The notes under the pieces are model-generated. The model worked only from the letters and a program-made list of their open reading frames with translations. It did no database searches and was not told the origin of the DNA. A DNA stretch of 64,000 bases, taken from contig JAYPIL010000001.1 in NCBI GenBank assembly GCA_038127845.1, positions 7,960 to 71,959 on the forward strand, given 5' to 3'. Below, piece by piece: positions 8,854 through 17,817 of the stretch (position 1 is its first letter; every line of letters starts with the position of its first letter). The DNA is from Poseidonia sp. (GTDB taxonomy: Archaea; Thermoplasmatota; Poseidoniia; Poseidoniales; Poseidoniaceae). Both the position numbers and the translations under genes were made by a program.

Positions 8854-11181
8854 ATGGAAGGTGCTACAGACCCTGAACTCCTCAAAGACCGGGCCTTCTT
8901 TCGACTGGGGTTGTTCATTCACGACCATCGAAAAGCGATGATGGCGTTCGGTCTTGTCTCGTGTATTTTGATGACCGGACTTATGTCCATGGGAGCAGAT
9001 TGGGCCGAGGGTTTTGGCGAGGACGATGTGGAATCCGTCAATGCGGGCCGCCTCATCTCTGAGCGCTTCGGGACCGACGATGACGACGGCGGTCAGACGC
9101 TCCGCTATCTGGTCTACCACCCAACCCTCAACGACACGAGCGCCGCCTGGCAGGAGGCGGTGGTGGCAGCTTTGGCCCCGTTTGCTGGCCACGGCGACGT
9201 CACCGTCGAGTATTCCTGGGACGCCGATGACGTGGACCGGGACGACGTCGTTGTGCAAACGGACGACGGCACCTACGCCATCAACGTCGTGAGGTTCGCT
9301 ACCGACCGGAAAGAGGCGAAAGCCATCATGGACGACCTGCACGATTCCATCGGCATCGAAGCCGGCTTTGATGCCTGGATGACGGACGGTATCGCCATCG
9401 ACTGGACCTTTGACGACCGCATCAAAAACGACCTCATCAAGGCCGAATTGATTTCCGGGCCTCTTTCCATTCTGATTCTCGGCATCGTGTTTGGCTCCAT
9501 CGTCGCTGCCTTACTGCCGGTCGGCGTGGGCGTTGGTACCGTGCTTGCCGCCATCGGCATGACGATTTGGCTCTCCAACGTGACCGACGTCACGGTCTAT
9601 GCCACGAACATCATCTCACTCATCGGCATTGGGGTATCCATCGATTACTCCCTCTTTTTGGTGAACCGCTTCCGAGAGGAGTTGGCCCGAGGTCATGACG
9701 TGCGAACGGCCACGGCGATGAGTTGCGCTACGGCTGGGAAAGCCGTGTTCTATTCCGGTATCACCGTTGCCATCGGGCTCATGGGGATGCTCTTCTTCAC
9801 CAACACCTCGTTGCCTTCCCTCGGCATCGGTGGCACCATCGCCGTCACCATTGCCATGGTCTATTCAACCATCGTCCTTCCTGCGGTGATGGCGTGGTTG
9901 GGCCCTCGGGTCAACAGAGGAACCATTCCCTTTGCGCTGGACATGTCGGCAAAAGACGACGGCATGTGGGCACGCATCGCCAAGCGGGTGATGGACCGGC
10001 CTTGGGCGGTTCTCATTCCCACGCTGGTGCTGCTCATCGGTGCCGGCTTACCGTTTGCCTACGCTGAATTTTCCCTCTCTTCGTGGAAAGCCCTGCCACC
10101 GGATGACGAATCCAGACAAGGCATGGAAATCATCGATGAACACTGGCCCGATCAAGCAGCCAACTCCATCTTCCTCGTCATTGACACCGACGGCGCTGAC
10201 CCGCTTTCCGAGGTCAATCTGCGGGCTCAACACGCCTACCTAACCGAACTGCTCAACGATTCGAGGGTGACGGGAGGTATCGGTGTTGGCTTACCTTCCC
10301 CCGATATGAGTGCCAACGATGTCGTGGATTTCTGGGCTGCTCCCGATGAATTCCTACCACCCGAGCAAGTGGCCGTGCGAGAGAGCCTTCGAGCGGCTTT
10401 CGTCGGGGACGAAGCCACGATGATGTCGGTTCAACTCGTCGGAGCACAAACCAGCGTTGACTCGCGGAACGTTGTTGAAGATGTCCGTGACGAACGAGAT
10501 GAATTCCTCGATGAATTGACCGGGGAGAACGACCGATTGCTCGTCGCCGGTTTTGCCGCTTACAACGCTGACAACCTCGACGCCATCGCCGATAACCTTC
10601 CTCGAGCCCTGGCGTTTATCCTCATTGCCACCATGCTGCTCATCTTCCTGCAGGTCCGCTCCGTCATCATCCCCATCAAAGCCATCGCCATGAACATCCT
10701 CTCCATTTCTGCATCCTTCGGCATGTTGGTGTGGGTGTTCCAGTGGGGGTACGGTGAGTCACTGCTCAACTTCACGGCTCAACCCATTGATTCGGGCAAT
10801 CCTGTCATCATGTTCTGCATCGTCTTTGGCCTGTCCATGGACTACGAAGTACTGATGCTCTCCCGGATTCACGAAGAATGGGAACGAACCGGAGACAACA
10901 CCCTTGCCGTAGCGAACGGATTGCAAAAGACGGGTGGGCTCATCACGGGCGCCGCTGCCATCATGGTGGTGGTGTTCAGCGCCTTCGGCTTGTCGTCGGT
11001 CATCATTCTCAAGCAGATCGGCCTTGGTCTCGCCTTGGCCATTCTCATCGATGCCACCCTCGTACGCGCCCTCGTCGTTCCGTCGACGATGCGACTGATG
11101 GGCAAATGGAACTGGTGGGCACCGGCCTTTTTGGAACGGAAACACGATGCGCCGCCCTTGTCATCAAGCCAAGAAGAGTAG
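8854..11181 (+). CDS. MMPL/RND-superfamily membrane transporter (putative exporter)
   Basis: About 775 aa with two 6-TM bundles, each followed by a large soluble loop. The segment 'SIDYSLFLVNRFREEL' is typical of MMPL/SSD-type RND proteins. Confidence 0.8.
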   Translation: MEGATDPELLKDRAFFRLGLFIHDHRKAMMAFGLVSCILMTGLMSMGADWAEGFGEDDVESVNAGRLISERFGTDDDDGGQTLRYLVYHPTLNDTSAAWQEAVVAALAPFAGHGDVTVEYSWDADDVDRDDVVVQTDDGTYAINVVRFATDRKEAKAIMDDLHDSIGIEAGFDAWMTDGIAIDWTFDDRIKNDLIKAELISGPLSILILGIVFGSIVAALLPVGVGVGTVLAAIGMTIWLSNVTDVTVYATNIISLIGIGVSIDYSLFLVNRFREELARGHDVRTATAMSCATAGKAVFYSGITVAIGLMGMLFFTNTSLPSLGIGGTIAVTIAMVYSTIVLPAVMAWLGPRVNRGTIPFALDMSAKDDGMWARIAKRVMDRPWAVLIPTLVLLIGAGLPFAYAEFSLSSWKALPPDDESRQGMEIIDEHWPDQAANSIFLVIDTDGADPLSEVNLRAQHAYLTELLNDSRVTGGIGVGLPSPDMSANDVVDFWAAPDEFLPPEQVAVRESLRAAFVGDEATMMSVQLVGAQTSVDSRNVVEDVRDERDEFLDELTGENDRLLVAGFAAYNADNLDAIADNLPRALAFILIATMLLIFLQVRSVIIPIKAIAMNILSISASFGMLVWVFQWGYGESLLNFTAQPIDSGNPVIMFCIVFGLSMDYEVLMLSRIHEEWERTGDNTLAVANGLQKTGGLITGAAAIMVVVFSAFGLSSVIILKQIGLGLALAILIDATLVRALVVPSTMRLMGKWNWWAPAFLERKHDAPPLSSSQEE

Positions 11182-11229
11182 CCATAAAATTGGGGCAACC
11201 TTGAAATCGGCTTGGTTGGACGAACGACC

Positions 11230-11448
11230 ATGGCGAAAGACCGCTCGCTCAAGAAAGTCACCAAGGTGATGAAGCGCGTTGAGAAGCATCTCGAGGACAC
11301 GCGAGAAGCTCTTGAGGACCTCGAAATTGAGTTTGAAGTGCTCAAGGCTACCGTCAAGAAACTCAAAGTTGCCCAAGGCGAGCCTCAAGTCGAGGTTGAA
11401 GAGGACATCGTGGACATTGAAAACACGACGTCGATGCAGAAGTTCTGA
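11230..11448 (+). CDS. Small coiled-coil protein, hypothetical
   Basis: A 72-aa K/E-rich heptad-like sequence, 'MAKDRSLKKVTKVMKRVEKHLEDTREALEDLEIEFEVLK'. Confidence 0.35.
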   Translation: MAKDRSLKKVTKVMKRVEKHLEDTREALEDLEIEFEVLKATVKKLKVAQGEPQVEVEEDIVDIENTTSMQKF

Positions 11449-11451
11449 GCC

Positions 11452-12441
11452 CTACAGCGCCAGAACGTCGTCCCTTGAGGACCACATACCAAGCCAGTGT
11501 TCGAGATTCGCCTCGAGCCCGGGCGGTTGAATCCGACATCCACATGCATTGACGTGACCGCCTCCGGTGGGATCGAGCGCCGTGGCAAGACGGGAGAGGT
11601 CGTACCTCCCTTGGCCTTGGGGCAAAAACGAGTTGGCGTAAAAGCTGGCTGAAAGAGGCGGGCGGCCCGGTTGCGACAAATCGCCGTCAGCATATCCGTG
11701 AACGATGCAACAGGCATCGGCGGCATCCCCCGCCCACGCCGTGACGAGGTAACCGTTCGAACGCAGGGGCGTTTCGTCAAACCGACAGATGGCAAGGCGG
11801 TCCACGATGGTCGTGTTGTTGGCCACGTGTTCAAGAGCGACTGAACGCTCTTCTACAACCTCGGCGAGACGTTGGCGAACCCGTTCGTCTTCCATCAGGT
11901 CCTCGTAAGTCGCCCCTTGTGTGAGGAGAGTGACAAGGTGCTGCATGTAGGCAGGGTCTCTTGAGGTGCAGGTTCGAGAGAGTTGGAGCAGGGGGCCGTC
12001 CTCGATGAACTCCTCTTTCGTGATACCACCAGAGTCCAAAGCATCCACCACGGGCATCATCGGTGCAAGGTGGCGCATATCGGTGATGTTCAGGAGCAAT
12101 TCATAGGCCAATCGGGCAGCGGAGGGGGTGTCCTGCCAGTGTTGGGTCCCCCCTGCCCGTGCAAAGGCAGTCGCTTCGGTTTGACTGGGGCGGTTGGTCG
12201 TGTGGTGGTCGACATACCAACCGCATGCTGGATGAAAGGGCAAATCCACGAGTGCCGTTGAGCGGTCGACAAGGTCGTCGACGAGGCCGGCTCGAATCGC
12301 TGCGGCGTGCGAAAACACCACCTCTGCTTCTGGCCGATACGCTTTCAAGACGGCGGCGCCAAACAGGCCATCCATATCGGAATCGGCGACGATTCGGTGG
12401 TAATGAGGGACATCACCCTCTTCCAGCGGTTCAATCGCCAT
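11452..12441 (-). CDS. DHH/DHHA1-family phosphoesterase (NrnA-like nanoRNase / pAp phosphatase)
   Basis: Shows DHH motif I 'ADSDMDG', motif III 'VDHH', and the DHHA1 'GGGH' motif. Confidence 0.75.
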   Translation of the reverse strand: MAIEPLEEGDVPHYHRIVADSDMDGLFGAAVLKAYRPEAEVVFSHAAAIRAGLVDDLVDRSTALVDLPFHPACGWYVDHHTTNRPSQTEATAFARAGGTQHWQDTPSAARLAYELLLNITDMRHLAPMMPVVDALDSGGITKEEFIEDGPLLQLSRTCTSRDPAYMQHLVTLLTQGATYEDLMEDERVRQRLAEVVEERSVALEHVANNTTIVDRLAICRFDETPLRSNGYLVTAWAGDAADACCIVHGYADGDLSQPGRPPLSASFYANSFLPQGQGRYDLSRLATALDPTGGGHVNACGCRIQPPGLEANLEHWLGMWSSRDDVLAL

Positions 12442-12492
12442 GGGAGGTGCTTCGAGGCCCGATTCATCAATCTTGGGTGGTCATCACCCGTT

Positions 12493-12936
12493 ATGACCAT
12501 GAACGAGAAGACCTGCCGACCCATCATGGAAACTTCTTGCGGCGTGGTGTTGGTCAACTACGGCACCGTCCTTCTCCTCCAATATCCGCAGGGTCATTGG
12601 GACCTCCCCAAAGGCCATGTCGAGCCGGATGACGAAGACCGGCAACGGACGATGTTGCGAGAACTGGAAGAAGAGACTGGTATTGCAGACGTTATCGTTC
12701 TCGAGGGTTTCGAAGAACGGACCGAATATGCGTACCGCCACAAAGGAAAGCGGCGTGAGAAAGAGGTCTTCTGGTACGTCGCCGAAACGGAGGAACTTGA
12801 CGTGGTTCTGTCTCACGAACACCGAGGGTACCTGTGGCTGGACTGGGACCAGGCCTTGGAAACGATCTCGCACGACGAAACCAGGAGCATCGTGGAACGC
12901 GCTCGGCAATTCGTGCTCGCCAACGGACGGCAGTGA
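12493..12936 (+). CDS. NUDIX hydrolase
   Basis: Carries the Nudix box 'GHWDLPKGHVEPDDEDRQRTMLRELEEETGI'. The start is taken at the internal ATG 12493, because the upstream track ORF overlaps the divergent gene. Confidence 0.8.
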   Translation: MTMNEKTCRPIMETSCGVVLVNYGTVLLLQYPQGHWDLPKGHVEPDDEDRQRTMLRELEEETGIADVIVLEGFEERTEYAYRHKGKRREKEVFWYVAETEELDVVLSHEHRGYLWLDWDQALETISHDETRSIVERARQFVLANGRQ

Positions 12937-13632
12937 TCACAACGAGGAAAGATCTTCGTCGTTTGAGCGCATTTGTGCAACGCGGTGAGAGACGCCTCGC
13001 TCTGCCGGGCGCTTGCCGAGCGGAACCCACAGCGTTTCGTTTTCATTCAACAACGTGCTTACCCAACGGCCCAAGACAAAGAGCCAGTCGGAAAGACGGT
13101 TGAGATAGACCATCACGACCGGCCGAATTGCCCCTTCTCCCTCGTGGTCACCGAGTTGAATCACGCAGCGTTCCAGTCGACGGGTCACGGTCCTCGCAAG
13201 ATGAAGAAACGCCACGGGCGGCGAACCTGTGGGCAGGATGAAACTCGTCAGTTCGGGCAACCCCTCCAACCACGCATCCATCTCAGCGACCAGAACATCG
13301 GTCTGCTCTTCGGAAAGTAGCACCATGTATTCGGGAAGTCCTTCTGGCGGGCAGGCAAGTTCTGCACCGAGGTCAAACAGTTCGTTTTGAACACGGGAAA
13401 GGGCTTCACTGGCCACCGTTTGAACGCGCTGCACGCTCGTTCGGTCACCTCCGTCTTCGTGGTCAGGGAGACGGTTGAGTTCCATCAGCACCGCCCCGAA
13501 AAGACTGTTCAGTTCGTCGCAAACGCCCACGACTTCGAAACGAGGGTCGGATTTGCGTCGCCTTGAGCCGTCGACCAGAGAAGATTCGCCGCCGTCGCCG
13601 CCGCCGGTGTAGACTCGATTGATCTTGACCAT
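12937..13632 (-). CDS. PduO-type ATP:cob(I)alamin adenosyltransferase (MMAB-like)
   Basis: The N-terminus 'YTGGGDGGESSL...DPRFEVVGVCDELNS' matches the PduO/MMAB consensus ('YTRTGDKGETSL..D.RVEAYGT.DELNS'). Confidence 0.85.
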   Translation of the reverse strand: MVKINRVYTGGGDGGESSLVDGSRRRKSDPRFEVVGVCDELNSLFGAVLMELNRLPDHEDGGDRTSVQRVQTVASEALSRVQNELFDLGAELACPPEGLPEYMVLLSEEQTDVLVAEMDAWLEGLPELTSFILPTGSPPVAFLHLARTVTRRLERCVIQLGDHEGEGAIRPVVMVYLNRLSDWLFVLGRWVSTLLNENETLWVPLGKRPAERGVSHRVAQMRSNDEDLSSL

Positions 13633-13655
13633 GGCCCTGCCTCAGCCTTGCGAAG

Positions 13656-14162
13656 TCATGCCTCTATGAGGGGTTTGCGGGAGGGGAAGCCTTCCTCCAT
13701 TCGGTAATACCATTCGATGTCCTCCTCCCCAACAGCCCAGGAAAACAAGGCCATTCGGTGGTCCACAACGCCGTACCATTCCAAACGCCCGGGGTCCATC
13801 GAAACGATGCGAGCACCCACGGACTCCAGCCGTTCAACATTGGCCTGCCAATGGGCGACAAGTTGGCCAAGGTGTTCCGCGACTTCCATCACGTGGGGAT
13901 GGGTCATGGGGTACTGGTCGAGGAGCAACTCCAACTCATTGGTCAAATCGTGGGCTTCGTCGCTCATTGCTTGAAGGACCATCAACACGCTGCTGGCCTC
14001 GTTCAGCGACGCTCGGGCCTGTTCAATGGTCACAACCGTGGCTCCATCGGGGAGCGGATACGGGAGTTCTTCATCCGTTGAAAGTTCGTTGAGCTCCATT
14101 GGTAGTCCCGAAAAAGAAGGTTGGTCTGGAGGTATACTCACGAGTGCTCCTTTACTTGACAC
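13656..14162 (-). CDS. Hypothetical acidic protein
   Basis: A 168-aa ORF that I cannot assign to a family. An alternative start is the ATG around 14099 (MELNELS..). Confidence 0.45.
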   Translation of the reverse strand: MSSKGALVSIPPDQPSFSGLPMELNELSTDEELPYPLPDGATVVTIEQARASLNEASSVLMVLQAMSDEAHDLTNELELLLDQYPMTHPHVMEVAEHLGQLVAHWQANVERLESVGARIVSMDPGRLEWYGVVDHRMALFSWAVGEEDIEWYYRMEEGFPSRKPLIEA

Positions 14163-14236
14163 CCTTTGAATTCATCGGAGGACCAACATGGGCCATCCCC
14201 GTTTTTGTGCGGGAATCAACCCTCCGAGCAGAGAAG

Positions 14237-14518
14237 TCACGCCGGTACTGCAGAGGTTGCCTGCGGGGTTCGTCGAGACCGGTTCATCTTCATCCATCCC
14301 ATTGCCAGTAAGCCGGCCCACATGGAAAGTTCGACCAGCACGACAAGATAGTAAGCCGGACCGAGCGTCTTGAGCATCGAAACGGCATCGTAGGGAAGTC
14401 CGTGAATGGCCATGTAGGCCGATTGGGAAAGCAAGCTGGACGAGAACCAGATCAAGACGGCAAACCAGAGAATGTTTCCCATGGGCCAATCCTTTTCCTG
14501 ACGCACAACTTCTTTCAC
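14237..14518 (-). CDS. Small 2-TM membrane protein
   Basis: Has the hydrophobic segments 'ILWFAVLIWFSSSLL' and 'AYYLVVLVELSMWAGLLAMGW'. Confidence 0.4.
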   Translation of the reverse strand: MKEVVRQEKDWPMGNILWFAVLIWFSSSLLSQSAYMAIHGLPYDAVSMLKTLGPAYYLVVLVELSMWAGLLAMGWMKMNRSRRTPQATSAVPA

Positions 14519-14540
14519 GGTATTATATCGCCGTGTAGGG

Positions 14541-14548
14541 ATATAAAG
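14541..14548 (-). promoter_or_regulatory. Putative TATA box in the AT-rich spacer (14519-14580)
   Basis: The minus strand reads 'CTTTATAT' about 25-30 nt upstream of the 14518 start. There is a second AT box at 14521-14529. Confidence 0.35.
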
Positions 14549-14590
14549 CCTCGTTTCATTTGCTCATGGGGTCCCCGAAAAAATGCGTAT

Positions 14591-15358
14591 TCAGCCTTCT
14601 TCCGAGCCGTCTTCCTCCACGAAATCCGCAGGAATGTTCCTGTTCATGGCATGGAGAGCACCTTCAACGGCTTCAAGCCATTCAGGTGCGACCGCCGATT
14701 CACCGCCTGCATCTTCAAACGACTCGAGCCATTGTTTGGCTTCTTTTTCGTTGTTCAACATGGCATGAATTCGGTGAAGAGCACCGTACGCCATCGGATT
14801 GAGATGTTCTTCATCGGCATCCCATCCCCGTTCAAAACACGCAATGGCTCCGTGTGGGCCGTGAAGTTGTCCTCGTTGAAGGGCGACCATCCCTGCCTGA
14901 CTCCATGCCAAGGGCAGACGACCGATGAGCAAGCCACGGAAGACCATCCACGTTTGTCCTCCGCCGAGCAGAACCAACATCAAGAAACCGGCCCACTGCT
15001 CGAGGGTGTTGAGATCGGACCACGTTTGGACCATCAGTCCGCCTGCTCCCAAACAGAACAAGAATCCCGACATGGGGGCGATGAACACATCCCGCCGGGT
15101 TCGCACCATGTGGTGGACACCCACCAAAACACCCGCTGAACCCAAGCCGAGCGTCAAGGTCAACATCGTGACCAGCGGCATGGGCCTTGGCGCCGATTCA
15201 CCGAGCGCAACCAGCCCCGCAACGGTCAGCAACAACCAGCCGAAGCGGCCAGAAATTTCGGGAAACGGCTGGTGGCGACTCCCAACCACAAGAGAGCCGG
15301 ACACGACAAACATGGTCACCAAGACCAAGACTTTGCCCGTTGCTTCATCGATGAACAT
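14591..15358 (-). CDS. Membrane protein (about 5 TM) with a soluble C-terminal helical (TPR-like?) tail
   Basis: Hydrophobic helices over the N-terminal 150 aa. The C-terminus, 'AYGALHRIHAMLNNEKEAKQWLESFEDAGG', is helical and acidic. Confidence 0.5.
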   Translation of the reverse strand: MFIDEATGKVLVLVTMFVVSGSLVVGSRHQPFPEISGRFGWLLLTVAGLVALGESAPRPMPLVTMLTLTLGLGSAGVLVGVHHMVRTRRDVFIAPMSGFLFCLGAGGLMVQTWSDLNTLEQWAGFLMLVLLGGGQTWMVFRGLLIGRLPLAWSQAGMVALQRGQLHGPHGAIACFERGWDADEEHLNPMAYGALHRIHAMLNNEKEAKQWLESFEDAGGESAVAPEWLEAVEGALHAMNRNIPADFVEEDGSEEG

Positions 15359-15393
15359 GGTGCTCTCGCTCTCTTGTCCACCTCGGCCTCATA

Positions 15394-15846
15394 TCATGCT
15401 TTGTGATAGCCTGTGCCGCGTTGAAGTTCACTTGCGCGATACAGTTGCTCGACCAACATCACGGCGGCCAGTTCGTGGGGGAAGGTCATCGCCGACAAGG
15501 AAAGACGGGGTACATCGGTCAAACGGCGGTCATCAGGCCAACCATCAGCCGGACCCAAGGCCAAGTGAACGTCGTGTGTTTCAAGTTGCCATGCTTCAAA
15601 ACGCCGAGCAAAGGTCACAGAAGTTTCCTCTTGACCGCCTTCATCCAACAGCAACAAGGTTCCGTTCAGCGACATCAAGCGTTCGACATAGGTTTCCGCC
15701 GTTTGCTTTGACGGATGGTATTCAATGCGAACACCGCGAGCTTTCAATCGCTCGCCATACATCTCAATCAGATGCTTCATCGCTTTGTCTTTCGGCACTC
15801 CGTGAGCGTGAACGACAAGGCGACCCATGACCGAGTGGCCTCGCAT
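15394..15846 (-). CDS. rlmH: 23S rRNA (pseudouridine-N3)-methyltransferase RlmH (SPOUT)
   Basis: The C-terminus 'LSLSAMTFPHELAAVMLVEQLYRASELQRGTGYHKA' closely matches the RlmH C-terminal consensus ('LSLS.LTLPH.LVR..L.EQLYRA......HPYH'). The length is about 150 aa. Confidence 0.8.
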   Translation of the reverse strand: MRGHSVMGRLVVHAHGVPKDKAMKHLIEMYGERLKARGVRIEYHPSKQTAETYVERLMSLNGTLLLLDEGGQEETSVTFARRFEAWQLETHDVHLALGPADGWPDDRRLTDVPRLSLSAMTFPHELAAVMLVEQLYRASELQRGTGYHKA

Positions 15847-15906
15847 CACCACTTCAAACCCGCGCCCCATGAACAAGACCATGAACCACGATGTCAACGA
15901 GGCCTC

Positions 15907-16245
15907 ATGGGCTGGTGGCCGTTTGGCAAAAAGAAGGGCCCGACTTCAAATCCGAACGACCCCATCATGAAAGACACGCGAACGTGGCTGGCTGAATTAC
16001 GAGACGCATGCGAGATGAATTTTGACCAGCCCGAGGAAGCCCGGCGGCAGATACGCCACATGCAAGTGGAATGGAAGGACGCCATGGACCGAGGCGAAAT
16101 GGCACCGACGCTTCGCGAAGGGTTGGAGGGACGAGCGTTCCGGCTGCTCTCCTGTACCGACAAGGAGTGGCTGGCGTGGTTGGACAACCTTGACTTTTGG
16201 AAAGCGGGCTGGAAACCCCAGCACGATGACGAGAACGAGGCTTGA
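15907..16245 (+). CDS. Hypothetical small protein
   Basis: ATG at 15907 ('MGWWPFGKKKGP..'). The stop overlaps the next gene's start by 4 nt (ATGA). Confidence 0.4.
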   Translation: MGWWPFGKKKGPTSNPNDPIMKDTRTWLAELRDACEMNFDQPEEARRQIRHMQVEWKDAMDRGEMAPTLREGLEGRAFRLLSCTDKEWLAWLDNLDFWKAGWKPQHDDENEA

Positions 16246-16964
16246 AGAAGGAAGTCCTCCGACATCTACCCATGGGTCAGAAGCCTCAACTGCACCTCCT
16301 CTACTCCTGTCCCTTCTGCTGGAAGGTCCGCGGGCTCATTGAGCATTTGGGGATGGACGTGGACTACGTCGGCGTGAACGGCATGAAGATTCGAAAAGAA
16401 GTGGCGTTTGCAGGCGATTGGGGGAAAGTTCCCGTGTTCACCGATGAAGCGGGCGCACATCACGTGGATTCAACACCGGTTCTCAAGCACATCGACGCCA
16501 CCTACAACGGCGGGAAACTGGCAGCCATGGGCGACAAGGCACGCCAAGACGAGTGGATGACGTGGGTGGACACCCACATGTCGAAGGCCACGGTTCCTAT
16601 CCTCTACGGTAGCCTCGCATCTGCACTCAAAACCACCACACGCATCTCCAAAATCGAAACCTTTGGCTTTCTCTCAAAGCGACTCTATGCGTGGGCGGGC
16701 TTCCCCATCATGTGGGGCATCATCGCTCGAAAGCGCGTGAAGCGTGACGGTCGGAAACCCAAGCAACTTTGGCACGATTTACTGACCGAATTTACCGCCG
16801 CACACGACGGTCAACCGTTCTTTGGCGGCGTACACCCTGACTTGGTTGATTTCGCTGCGTTTGGCTACATGCGCTCGGTGTCGCCGTTCCCTCAATTTGC
16901 TCAACTGACCGACCATACCGCAGGCATGGCTTGGTACCGTCGCATGGAATCGAGCCTCCAATGA
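16242..16964 (+). CDS. Glutaredoxin-2 / GST-like thiol transferase
   Basis: The N-terminal thioredoxin-fold motif 'LYSCPFCWKVRGL' (CPFC) is followed by a helical GST-C-like domain. Confidence 0.55.
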   Translation: MKKEVLRHLPMGQKPQLHLLYSCPFCWKVRGLIEHLGMDVDYVGVNGMKIRKEVAFAGDWGKVPVFTDEAGAHHVDSTPVLKHIDATYNGGKLAAMGDKARQDEWMTWVDTHMSKATVPILYGSLASALKTTTRISKIETFGFLSKRLYAWAGFPIMWGIIARKRVKRDGRKPKQLWHDLLTEFTAAHDGQPFFGGVHPDLVDFAAFGYMRSVSPFPQFAQLTDHTAGMAWYRRMESSLQ

Positions 16965-16965
16965 G

Positions 16966-17817
16966 ATGATGCTCATGACGGTGGAACTCAACGGGTTGGT
17001 GTTTCATCCCGTTGAAGCACAAACGGTGATCCTCGGTAGCACCAAAGGAGGTTGGATGTATGCAGGACAACGACCCTGCCACGAGGTCAAACTTCCGTCG
17101 TTTTTCGTCATGGGTCAACCGCTCAACGAACGTGAAGTGGCGACGGCAATGGGTGTCCCGTTGACCGACCAAGTCGGTGACCGCCCGATGGAAACGCTGA
17201 CCTCCATCGACGTGCATGAGCTTGCACAGCACCTCATGGAGAGCGAGGATTTCAAGCAGAAAATCGAGGAACTTCCCGGTCGCTGGGAGGTCAGGCCCCT
17301 CACCCAGAGCGAGTGGCAGGCGGCCGCTCAAGGCGGCATCCTCAACCTACCGCCCGGCTGCACAGAACGTCTAGCTGATGCCCCCGCATCGAACCATCGT
17401 GGCGCCATGATGGACGGGCGCCCCCGCCCGAACGAGCTGTTGGGACCTGCATCTCAGCACGTGGCTGCCATCGCCGTTCATCCAAAGAACCGGAACATCA
17501 CCGCCATGACCAGCCTTCCTCACGACCGACCCCTGCCCAGCGTAGTGGCGCGTCTGGCACTCTCGCCTCTGCGGGAGGGGAGCGGAAAACGGGTGCCCGA
17601 AACTACTGACCGGTGGGGCAACCTTCGCTCTGAACTTCTTTGGACCACGCTGCTCGGCATCGTTCCTTCGTTCCTGATTCCCGTCCTGCGCGGGATGGGC
17701 GATTATGCAACCGAAGGCTGGGTGAACCTGTTGTTTGGAGGCCTTTGCGCAGGCTTTCTGACCGGTGCCGTGTGGCGACCTCAGCGACCGATGCTGCGCT
17801 ACGATGATGTGTCCTGA
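16966..17817 (+). CDS. FGE-sulfatase (SUMF1/EgtB-like) domain protein with a C-terminal membrane segment. The domain appears partial.
   Basis: 'HEVKLPSFFVMGQPLNEREVATAMG' and 'RPLTQSEWQAAAQGG' match the FGE-sulfatase N-terminal half ('RLPTEAEWEYAARGG'). The C-terminal 'RGGSW' half is not evident. The protein ends in a hydrophobic segment. Confidence 0.45.
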   Translation: MMLMTVELNGLVFHPVEAQTVILGSTKGGWMYAGQRPCHEVKLPSFFVMGQPLNEREVATAMGVPLTDQVGDRPMETLTSIDVHELAQHLMESEDFKQKIEELPGRWEVRPLTQSEWQAAAQGGILNLPPGCTERLADAPASNHRGAMMDGRPRPNELLGPASQHVAAIAVHPKNRNITAMTSLPHDRPLPSVVARLALSPLREGSGKRVPETTDRWGNLRSELLWTTLLGIVPSFLIPVLRGMGDYATEGWVNLLFGGLCAGFLTGAVWRPQRPMLRYDDVS

